Positions 1 to 9,557 of a stretch of 64,000 nucleotides of DNA are shown here, one piece after another. The DNA comes from Hydrolagus colliei. Taxonomy: Eukaryota. Where the stretch lies: NCBI GenBank assembly GCA_035084275.1, contig CM068757.1, positions 2,790,001 to 2,854,000 on the forward strand, given 5' to 3'. A program made the position numbers and the translations under genes. Position 1 is the stretch's first letter; every line of letters starts with the position of its first letter. The notes below the pieces were generated by a model, which saw only the letters and a list, made by a program, of their open reading frames with translations, did not search any database and was not told where the DNA came from.

Positions 1-353
1 GTTGATTTTTTTGGTCTGTGTGCCAGGACTGTGAAGTCGATCGGGCTCTGCTACCCAATTAAAATTGATAGGTGAACATTGTATTACTTATTGAAAACGA
101 CGCTTTGAATACTGAGATGTCAGAGCACAACATTTGGGTTCAAGGTCCATTTTTGTGCCTTGCGAGACACTGTGTTACTATGATGCTATGCAAGCCCAGG
201 TTTGTTTGAATTGGATTGTATTAGTCAGCAAACAGAAACGGGAACAATTAAAACCGAGGAAATGTTTTCAAAGATGCACAGGATTGGAACATTTCAGCTA
301 CTGGATAATGTCCTAAGACTCCAATCTGATGCATGCATGGTTGTATATTGGTT

Positions 354-430
354 TGAAGTGCCTTGGGATGTCTTGCTGTTGTGAAAGGCGCTATACAAGT
401 GTAATTTTGTTGTTGTTGTTGTTGTTATTG
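354..430 (+). mobile_element. L2 LINE 3' tail fragment with (GTT)n tail
   Basis: gtgccttgggatgtcttgctgttgtgaaaggcgctatacaagtgtaattttg(ttg)n matches the 3' ends of the longer L2 copies at 39100-39163 and 42768-42828. Confidence 0.75.
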
Positions 431-479
431 GTGCCTCGTAAAATAAAGGTATCAATGGGTGAGCTTGCAACCATTTTGG

Positions 480-710
480 CTTTGCTCTGGGACACCAACC
501 GATTCAAACCTCCTTTCCCACTATCAGACGTACCTCTTTGTCTGTGCGATCTCCTTCCATTTCCACCACCACCCAACCACCCTCCACCCTCCTTATCCTT
601 TTTAGCTACCTGCCACCCTTACCCAGATTGGGTGCCCAGTCAGCAATGTACATTACTTTGAGACTTCCCCCAATGTGAAAGGCACAATGTAAACGTGAAT
701 TGTTTGTCTC
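480..710 (+). mobile_element. Degenerate L2 3' UTR and tail
   Basis: C-rich tract followed by ctttgagacttcccccaatgtgaaaggcacaatgtaaacgtgaattgtttg, resembling the other L2 tails in the window. Confidence 0.5.
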
Positions 711-1090
711 GTTTTTCATCAAAAGAATACTCCTTGTGGTTGGTATGGCATCGATCACATAAACATATCGACAGCACTTCACAGCACGTTGATGAGACCA
801 ATGATTCATTGTTGTAAATTGCAATTTATCGCAATTTGTAATTGACTTATTGATTGTTGCGTTAATTAACAAACCCCATGGTAAATTAACTGTTGTTTCT
901 CTACGTGATGAATCTGCTGTCAATCAAGTAAATGAGAATCTGCCCACAATAGAAAGGAGAGTGGCGACAGTTGATGGGTTGCATAGTAAAGTGATCCGTT
1001 TTGGATGCCGGTTGCGAAACCATTGCCGTGCATTTACGTTCGCAAAGTGGGACACGATCGCTCAAGCGCAATATTTCCTTTTCCTCCCAG

Positions 1091-1284
1091 ATATTGACGA
1101 ATGTGTCACCGGAATGCACAGCTGCTGGAACGACTCTGTCTGTGTGAACTTGGAAGGTGGGTTTGACTGTCGGTGTCCGTACGGAGAGCATTGCACAGGC
1201 GACTGCCCCCACGACGGAGGGCTGAAACACAATGGACAGGTCTGGACTCTGACCGACGACCGCTGCTCCGTCTGCTCATGTCAG
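1091..1284 (+). CDS. NELL1: NELL1 internal coding exon (Ca-binding EGF-like domain plus start of a VWC domain)
   Basis: Acceptor ttccttttcctcccag|AT, donor CAG|gtaagt; 194 nt (2 nt + 64 codons). Encodes (D)IDECVTGMHSCWNDSVCVNLEGGFDCRCPYGEHCTGDCPHDGGLKHNGQVWTLTDDRCSVCSCQ, closely matching the vertebrate NELL1 C-terminal region (GDCPHEGGLKHNGQVWTL as recalled). Confidence 0.95.
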
Positions 1285-1379
1285 GTAAGTGCCTGCATTC
1301 CACGTGGCGTTATTGTAATTGGCAATGGGGGAGTTTCATTATGTCAGTGTGTTGCCCTTCTATGCCAATGCCCACCATA

Positions 1380-1525
1380 TTCTGCTGTGCGCAATTGCCT
1401 GCCGCGTTTCTCCCACGGTTCACGTTACAGTATATTTTGTGAAGCGATTTGAGACGTCTCGAGACGTGATAAGGCGCTATATCAAATGCAAGGTTTTGTT
1501 TTATTATTGTAATTATTATTATCAT
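1380..1525 (+). mobile_element. 5'-truncated SINE (Deu-like 3' half plus L2-type tail) in a NELL1 intron
   Basis: gctgtgcgcaattgcctgccgcgtttc...gtgaagcgatttgagacgtctcgagacgtgataaggcgctatatcaaatgcaagg plus (ATT)n; same family as 58241-58525. Confidence 0.85.
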
Positions 1526-1838
1526 TCAGACAATGGCAATGCCAATGTGGTACAAATAGAATTCCTCAGCAACAAAGACTCAAGTCTGGACTGAGCTTTG
1601 GTCATGCACGTTTAGAAAAACAAGTTCCCAATGTTTCCTAAATTATACTCCATTTCGGCCTCTATTGAAAGATTTTAAGATTGCTCAAAAATGGAGAATA
1701 TTTCTCATTTCATTCTCTTTTTTGAAGCGAGTTTCTCCATAGTTTACCAAAGGGTCCATCTTACACACGAAGGAAGACGGAACTTAAGAATTGGATGGCT
1801 CCTCCTCTGACTGAAAAGTTCCTGTTTTCTCCTAACAG

Positions 1839-2015
1839 GATGGGAAGATTTTCTGCAGAAGGACAACGTGTGACTGTCGCAACACCAATGTGGATCTCTT
1901 CTGCTGTCCTGAGTGCGACACCAGAGAGACCAGCCAATGCCTGCACCAGAATGGCCATTTGGTTTACCGCAGTGGTGACCTCTGGACCTACAGCTGCCAG
2001 CAGTGCCGGTGCCTG
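1839..2015 (+). CDS. NELL1: NELL1 internal coding exon (VWC region)
   Basis: Acceptor ttttctcctaacag|GAT, donor CTG|gtaagt; 177 nt, phase 0/0. Encodes DGKIFCRRTTCDCRNTNVDLFCCPECDTRETSQCLHQNGHLVYRSGDLWTYSCQQCRCL. Confidence 0.95.
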
Positions 2016-3468
2016 GTAAGTCAATGCATTCCTGATACAAACCACAAGTTGACAGATAGGAATGCTTACCTCACCCTGCCTGACAGATCTGGAAGAATAG
2101 AAGCCTTTGGGTTAGCTCAGACAAGGGTCGTGCAATACAATACAAAATTACATTCAGGTCGGGAGGATATCCCAAGGCTCTGGACATTGTGGGGGTGGGT
2201 TAAGGGAGGGTGGAGGGCAGAGAAGATACGAGGGTGGCTGAAGGCACACTTCTTAATACAATCAATTTAGTTCATTTCACCAATTAACCTGAGTTGCCAA
2301 GTTGGTGAAAGTTTCCTATGTACCGGGTTTCTCTCCACAGGGAAAGTATGAATAGCTGAATCCTGTAATTATCTGTGCTCACTCAAAGCTCTTTATCCAA
2401 CTCTTAGTATTCCTGAAATTTGTTATTTATGTTAGATATATTTATGCAGAGTATCTAGATTGAGTTTGAGTCTATTTGAGGGAAGAAAAGTTCCTAAAGT
2501 GTTGTGTATAAAAAATCAATACATTGTATTAATAATGTACTAAGTGTTTAGCAAACATTGTTATTGTTTAAGGGGGAATGAGATCCGTAATTGTGTGCAA
2601 ATGATTTCAACCCGTTCACCATTATCGTGTACGAGCTTCGCAAACAAATGAAAAGACTTTTACCCCCCCTTAAAAACTGCCTCATTATCCACTTGAAATG
2701 TCAAGCACATTAGAACCCATTTGAAGGTCAAGCAGCAAACTTAGTTGCTTGAGTTCTGAATATGTTTATTTCAAAAATTATCATGACGACAGTGCTTTTG
2801 CTGTTGTGTGTTTTATAATTAAAAAATTCACCTTCTTTCCTGACTTCATTAAATTGACAGCACTCTGGATGAAGCATCCATCTTCTGGAAGTGTTGTTAC
2901 AAATGCAAAGTCCAGTACCTGGGGTCACAGCTTTGTAGCTACTCTACGAAGACTGGCAATGCCGCAACTGACTTGAACGATGTACCAAAAGAATCGCACA
3001 GTGGTGGGGAAACTGTCATCAACTTTGCATTCCTCATTCAGATAGTTTTAACCGGTTCTTAGCTTGGTTTGCTGGATGCTGCTCCACACCAAATCCCTGT
3101 TCCCTGCAATGTTCTAGTGTGTGGAGGGTGTGGTTGGGAGGTATAAGAAAGCCCACGAGTTGCTCTTTCCTTTGTTTGCGTTCCTCATGTTGCGGTAGCC
3201 TACTTTTCACTGCCAGCAACACTCTCTGTTTCATAATTGAGAGAATCATCCTCTTGATCCTGCCATAAATTCGGTTGATCAGATGGCGAATAAGTTCTGT
3301 TACCGGCAATCCTACCCCCTTGATCCTGAACACGTGTTTGCAATGGATGTCTCTTGGAAGAGATGTGATGTGTAGATCGGTGTCTAGCTTTCAGATTTCG
3401 ACTGGCTTTGGGTGTGTGAAATTGCACCATGTCTAAGTGCACTCACTGTCTGTGTGTTAATGGTGTAG

Positions 3469-3693
3469 CAGGGAGAAGTGGATTGCTGGCCTTTAACCTG
3501 TCCGACTCTCAGCTGCGAGTACACAACCATCCCGGAGGGAGAATGCTGCCCACAATGCGTCAGTGATCCCTGCTTAGCTGACAACATGGTCTATGATATC
3601 CGTCAGACTTGTATAGACAACCATGGAATAACACGGCTCAGTGGCTCTATATGGACCATGCCTGGATCCCCCTGCACTGCTTGTAAATGCAAG
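3469..3693 (+). CDS. NELL1: NELL1 penultimate coding exon (VWC region)
   Basis: Acceptor gtgtag|CAG (alternative AG 3 nt downstream, start 3472), donor AAG|gtactg; 225 nt, phase 0/0. Encodes QGEVDCWPLTCPTLSCEYTTIPEGECCPQCVSDPCLADNMVYDIRQTCIDNHGITRLSGSIWTMPGSPCTACKCK. Confidence 0.95.
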
Positions 3694-4094
3694 GTACTGT
3701 ATGACATGAGCAATCTTGTTGTCTGAATCGCAGCAGGTCTAAAGAAAGCACTTTTCTTCACGTTGTCACTTTTGGGAAAAAAAATCCAACCATATAGGAG
3801 AAAGGAGTGTATAAAACCTCATTAAAATGCATTGCGCTATCTAGCTTTTGCTGCTGTTTCGCTGTGTCCCCTTAAAAATGTAATAGCTTTCTTATGTAAA
3901 CTTGAAATGTAACTAAGTAACATTAAAAATAGTAGCAGTCACTGGATGTTAAATGCAGGGTGTTAACTACAACTTACACTTTGCATATCTTTCTAACATT
4001 CAGCTTCTGTTTTCCATTTTTGCATTGAAGGTTTCATTGAATAAGTGGAAAGTCACTTTAGTTCTTCGTCTTAAGACAAGTGTTTTATGATATA

Positions 4095-4270
4095 AATAAT
4101 AATCTTTGCTTTTAATAAAGCCCCCCATCACATCTTCGAGAAGTCTCAAAGAGCTTCACAGAATATACCCTAAAATTAATAAACAGTGGGCAGAATGCGG
4201 CAGCTAATTGTGCACAGCGATGTTCCTCCCAACAATCGTGGATTGAGTGACCAAATTATTATTATTATTA
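4095..4270 (-). mobile_element. 5'-truncated SINE (same family) in the last NELL1 intron
   Basis: Reverse complement reads tttggtcactcaatccacgattg...gctgtgcacaattagctgccgc...gtatattctgtgaagctctttgagacttctcgaagatgtg...gcaaagattattatt. Confidence 0.85.
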
Positions 4271-5284
4271 AGTTTTAGATTTCCCCCAGGAGGTTTTCTC
4301 AAACGTTTGCTGGGAAAATTCAGGCGCAGATGGAATTGATCAATTGATATGTCATCATTGTCGGTCATTGCATAATAATGATATTTGAGAGTGCAGTTAG
4401 TGCAGTTTGGATTTAGAATAAGCACCAGAATCAGCATCAGACTAGATTTTCCAACAGATTCTGCCATTTGACGTAATTCGCATACTTTTCCATTTATTTA
4501 CTGTTTGAGGCATACACCTTTTTGTGCCAATGCATGGTCTCCTCAGTCTTTCAGATCTTTGGTGAGTCCACAGCATTCACTGGCCCACATTAACCTGATA
4601 CATGACAATGACAATTCATTTATTACATAATTTTTCAATGTACTTTAATACCCCTTGATTCAAATTAGTATTCCCTGTGTTTGGAGTATAGCCAAAAACA
4701 TTCATTTTGTCAGGGAATGAAAAGTTTGATTTTGATGATTGGCTATGTCTTCTTAATTGGATGTGAATCTTCTAATGAAATGCTTTATTAGTTGGTAATG
4801 TTTTGTTAACTGCAATAGCAATCATCATCTGCACCATGTGAAAAGGCTCTATATTAAATACGAGTTGTAGTTGTCATTGTAATTTATTCATTCAAAACCT
4901 GGCATGCTCTCAATGTGAATTAAAAAAAGGCCAAACTCGCACAGTGGGAAATTATGTCACTTGTTAACCTGTAAGTTTAGTATGGGAAGTGTCCAGCACA
5001 TAAAACAGGAGGTAATGCTACTAGAACTTGTGCATTTATGTACAGCAGTCAAACCAAAGTTGTAAAGGATGCCTTATAATGAGGTTGCATAGCTCCAAGC
5101 TCCCGTGTGAAGGGCACTGTATAAATGCAAGTTGATATCTTTCTAGATTTCCCTTCAAGGTGTGAGGAGCAAAATGGGATGATCTGGGGGATGCAGTGGA
5201 GCAAGAATAACTTTTAAAATCTGAATTGGAGAAGTATAGTGAAATATCAAGAGGGTTATTCATTCTGTTTTCTGTTCTCTGCAG

Positions 5285-5335
5285 AATGGAAACATCTGCT
5301 GTTTGGTGGATGTGGATTGCCTCCACAATAACTGA
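5285..5335 (+). CDS. NELL1: NELL1 terminal coding exon
   Basis: Acceptor ttctgttttctgttctctgcag|AAT. Encodes NGNICCLVDVDCLHNN then TGA (5333-5335), equivalent to the NELL1 C-terminus (NGRVCCSVDFECLQNN in human, as recalled). Confidence 0.93.
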   Translation, partial: NGNICCLVDVDCLHNN

Positions 5336-5764
5336 AGATCTCTATGGACTGCTTTACCTCTTGTGTGGACTGTGTAGGTAATGTCTAAAACGTACTTCAA
5401 AAGGGTCCTTGCATTTTACAGTACAACTTAAAGCTGCCAAATGGAGCAAGATTTCTGGGAGTCTTGTCTTTCGATGAACTACCCTGCACTTTTGTGGCTA
5501 TTCAGTTCAAAGTGTTTCACTTTCAGCTCAAAATTGGGAGCTTCCATCACCATGCCATTGGAAGATCACACCTCTATATTTTTTACAGCATTTTGATAAC
5601 TGCAAACGGGAAACGGGTTTGTATGCCCAAACTTTGCAGTTGAATATCTGTCGAAACGTGTTTACCTGTCTTTCTGTAAATCAGTGAAGTCCAATATGAC
5701 ATGTTAATGCTTTAAGTACCGGATGTCCTTTGCAGCTTTGAAATTCATACTCATTTAACACCCA

Positions 5765-5770
5765 AATAAA
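5765..5770 (+). promoter_or_regulatory. Candidate proximal poly(A) signal of NELL1
   Basis: First AATAAA I noted after the stop codon, about 430 nt downstream; usage untested. Confidence 0.35.
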
Positions 5771-6124
5771 TCATTGCTGAATTTCAATGCTGAACACCAT
5801 GAACAAAAGCTATGGTAATGTGAGGAACTACAGAAAATTATTTTGAATTGTGTTCTGTGTTGTCCAAAATTCTGTTTGGTTTTTTTTTCCGCAAAAAAAA
5901 ATCTGGTGGTGAAACGCAACATTCCCCACAAAGGTTGTGAATTATTTCAAGCGTCAGGGTAAGAAAACAAAACCTAGAAAGGAAATGCAGTTTGAGAATT
6001 TGCCATTTGTTTTGTTTTGGTAATATTGTACCACATTTTCAACACAATCTGACGATCCAAATTTGACTTCAGTACAATGCAGCAGAATTCTTCTCTGAAC
6101 TCAGTTCACCCTTGGACAAATGAT

Positions 6125-6320
6125 GGAGACTGCATGGTATATTAGTTAGGAGATTGGCCTTTCATGTTTGGAATCTGTGTTCAAATCACCCCCAGCAGGT
6201 GGGATAGTGATGGACAAGGCCTTTCTTACTGTTGGCTGTAGGGGGCCTTAGTAAAGTCAGTCTAAAATTAGTTTTTAATGGATACGAGTCAACATCACAA
6301 ACTGACCATCTCACTCAGAG
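6125..6320 (+). mobile_element. LF-SINE-like ancient SINE (5' part)
   Basis: ggagactgcatgg...gcctttca...gttcaaatc...tagtga...tggctgt...ggcct...agtttttaatgga...gtcaacatcacaaactgaccatc follows, block by block, the LF-SINE consensus as recalled; tRNA-like B box gttcaaatc. Confidence 0.55.
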
Positions 6321-7182
6321 AGTACGTTAGAATTGTTGGTGTGTGAAACCGAGAGCGTGACGATGATGCCCTTGCTCAACATTTGCAAAAAGCTGGAGAG
6401 TGTGTCTCTGCCATTATTGTGAATTTTCTGCTCCTTATACTCTGGGGGTTCAGCACATGTCAAATAAATATGCTTCTTGTGCAGCTGGCCTAATGGCTGA
6501 TGATGGCGCAAAATATGTTTTGACGCTCAGCAAATAAAAACTTTATGACAACTCGAAATCCATATTTCGACTTCAAAGGGAGTATGTGTTCAATGTATGA
6601 AAGTGTTTGCTCAACATGCGGTAGTTTGTAGTCAGTGTTGAATTAAAGGCTTCCAGCTCATCTACTTTGTCTTTAGCGCACAAGATATCTTTTTGTTTCA
6701 GTTTTGCCACTGCATTTAGTTTTCTTTGACAGTGTAATGAAATTAGAAAAATAATTGTTTTTTGAGTTACATACGGTTGAAACAAAAGTTTGTTTCTACC
6801 TATTTAGAGTTTATTATCAGAGGCAGAGAGAGGTGTCGTAAGGGGATAAGGTTCCTAACCTGACCTCAAAGGCAGCGAGGGTATCAATATTCAAAGAGCA
6901 AAGAATGTGCTTGTGTCCTCTCCTAAAATTTCCATTATCATGTCTCTTTGCTTAATGCCTTAAAGAGCAGTTTGTAGATTTTAGGATCAAGTTGCAGTAA
7001 AATCCTGAATTGTTTTGAGGTTCCTGACTGTACAGGCGAACGCATTGTCATGAGTTTATTTTTAAGGCAGTAGAATATCAGCATAGAATGTAAAACTTAA
7101 GTTCATAAAAGGTCATCTGAGCCCTGAGATGTTGCTCCTGCAAAGTCATCCTTTTTCTTACCTTTGGGAGATTCAATTATAG

Positions 7183-7615
7183 TTCATAGGAACCTCGGGA
7201 ACAGGAGAAGACTGTCGAACCCATCAAGCCTGTTTCACCAGTTTATTAGATCTTGGCAGATCTCTGAGCTCTCAATGTCCCTTTCATCGTACCCATTACC
7301 TTTAGTACTCAAGGCATTTATCTATCTCCTTTGCATATATCTATTGATTCTGCCTCCGGAGCAGGATACATCATAAATCACAACCCACTGTAAGAAGAAA
7401 TGCTTCTGAACCTCAGTTCTAACTGTCTTTGTTCTGGTTTTAATAGAACAGAACAAGATTTGTAATAGAACCCTCTACTAAAAGGGAAGAGATGCCCCCT
7501 ACATAACCTTCCCATCGTTTTCTATTGTTTTAAATGCCTCAATCACCCCTTTGTCTCTGCTCTATGAATATAATCCCAGTCTACCTAGCTTCTCATCATA
7601 CCTGAAGTTTGTAGG
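7183..7615 (-). mobile_element. CR1 LINE 3' end remnant
   Basis: Begins with cataggaac...gaacaggagaagac...cccatcaagcctg (reverse complement of a CR1 tail; compare 60076-60172), followed by degraded ORF2 C-terminal sequence. Confidence 0.65.
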
Positions 7616-9011
7616 GTCATTTCTATTTGCAAGTAGCCAATGCCACAGCAGAATGTAATGAGTGCAAACAGCTAGAAGATTTGCCCAGCAGTGACCTTGC
7701 ATTGCACAAGAAACCATGGTTCGCCTTTGGTACATCAAAAATCTCTGTTGTTTACCACCTTTGACTAGAATCTGATTTATTTAATGATAGAATTTATTTC
7801 TACTCACATAACCATATGCTGCATTACTGGTTCAGGAAATAATGATTGATTCACTTTTTGGGTTGGAAAGCAATTATGTTTTCTGAGATTACTGTTGTGC
7901 AGTGAATTAATACTTTGACTACTAAAATGGATTTCTTTGTAGTATTCCACCAAATAAATGATCCAACACATTGAGTAAGATGCATGATAGGAATTGGAAT
8001 GACAGACAATATTGGGTAATTTACATTATTATTGTGGTCTAATTCTTTTTTCTTTTGGATTTGAAATGCTACAGTTGTTCTCATATGTATTAACTGACTA
8101 GATTGGGATAGTTGCAAATTACATTCATTTTCCTATAATATGTTTGCAAAGTTCAAATCCAATCCTTAGCCGTGTATTATCATACTTCTAAACTGAAAAT
8201 TAAAATCAAATTTATATCTAAAGTTATTATTTAACATAATTCCCACTTTTTCGATTGTTACTTTTTATAATGTCTCAAATCTTATGACAAAAAGGGACTT
8301 TATATAAACTAGTTCAAGTAGTCGTGTTAAAACTTGACTCGAGACCCAGAAAATGGTGTCTCTTCAAATGGTAAATAGCTTGCTGTTGTATGTGTTCATA
8401 TTACATGTTGTATGCGATTAAACTTTTGTGTTATGTTAAGTGTTTTGTGTTCTTCAGTTATTGTTTCTCTACTTTTAAGCATTTTGTGCAATATGTTATT
8501 TTCTTGATAGCTCTTAAGTTCAGATGATAGTTGAACCACTGTATAGTTTCTTTATTTCCAAGTAATGGTATTGTACACTTTGTCGCTAAGCAGGTCAAAA
8601 TGTGATTCCTTTTTTTACACCAATGTTCCATTTAAATGAATGTAAATTATATATCATGCCAGAAATATTTGCATCCTAACAAAAATAATGGGAATTAATT
8701 TGGAAGCGTCTTAACTTGTCTTGTGTTATTGTTAACTTAGCCCTTTTTGTGTGAACAGTTTAAAGTAATTTCTGAGTAAAAGTAAAAAAGATCCCAGCAT
8801 GGAAATGCAAATGAGTTCATTCAGCTGTTCAGCGCTCCATATGTTTTTGTTGTGTGTGTGTGACTCATTATAGCAATAGCTGTGAACTCGCAATTTTATT
8901 TTAAAGGTTTTTAATTCAGATCATTTGCTCACTTCAAAGGTTAAATGGTCTTAGTAGAATTGTGCTGTGATCAAGAGCATTTGTCCATACATTGAAGGAA
9001 TGTTTTCATTG

Positions 9012-9102
9012 AATAAATATGTGTTTGCTTTGACTACTGCCTTTAACGTGATACTAAAGGATAATGGATTTTAATCTGCTCTGTTGAATATCTAACAATA
9101 AA
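9012..9102 (+). promoter_or_regulatory. Candidate distal poly(A) signals of NELL1 (AATAAA at 9012 and 9097)
   Basis: Two AATAAA hexamers, each followed by GT/T-rich sequence, at the end of a ~1.3 kb repeat-free T-rich, UTR-like stretch. Confidence 0.5.
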
Positions 9103-9171
9103 TGTTGTTTTTTTTAATCACTGCAATTGTATTCTCTGAAACCGCACTGAATAATTGCTCCACATTTTGTA

Positions 9172-9557
9172 ATTGGCTCAGTGACAGCACTTTCGCCTCT
9201 TGACTCAGAAGGTTGTGGGTTCAAATCCCACGTCAGGACTTGACCTGATTGAAGTGGTGCATTGTCGGAGGTACTGTCTTTCAGATGAGATGTTGAACCA
9301 AGTTGATGTCTGCCTGTTCAGGTGCATGTTAAAGATCTTCACGGTATGATTCGAAAAGAGAAGGGGAGTTTCTCCCAGTCTCATGTCTAATAAATCCCTC
9401 AGAACTAAAATAGGTCACCTACTCCATTAGCTGTTTGTGGGACAACTAGCTGCCATGTTTTGCCCACAAAATGCAGTCAATCCACTTTACACTATCCTGT
9501 GAAACGCTTTGAGATGTCTCAACAACTTGATAAGTCCGAGGATGATTGTTATTATTC
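9172..9557 (+). mobile_element. Full-length Deu-domain SINE (SacSINE1-like)
   Basis: tRNA head tggctcagtgacagcactttcgcctcttgactcagaaggttgtgggttcaaatccc (A and B boxes); Deu-like body cattgtcggaggtactgtctttcagatgagatgttgaacc...gagaaggggagtttctccc...gctgtttgtggga; L2-type tail gtgaaacgctttgagatgtc. Confidence 0.8.

Noticed and set aside
850-1452. 200-aa ORF as a standalone gene
   Set aside because: Only 1091-1284 is NELL1-like and bounded by splice sites; the rest is intron read-through. The same applies to ORFs 1890..2270 and 3478..3726.
1091-5335. NELL2 instead of NELL1
   Set aside because: CWND, GDCPH.GGLKHNGQVW, RLSGS.WTM.GSPC and the ...CL.NN end fit NELL1 as recalled; NELL2 differs in these segments.
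5333-5380. Stop-codon readthrough or selenocysteine at the TGA
   Set aside because: The context is TGA-AGA rather than TGA-CTAG, and the stop coincides with the normal NELL1 C-terminus.
6496-6572. SECIS-like hairpin (GCTGA-TGATGGCGCAAAATATGTTTTGACGC-TCAGC) and adjacent TCGAAAT/ATTTCGA hairpin
   Set aside because: The spacing between ATGA and the AA run is too short for a SECIS, and short hairpins like these arise by chance.
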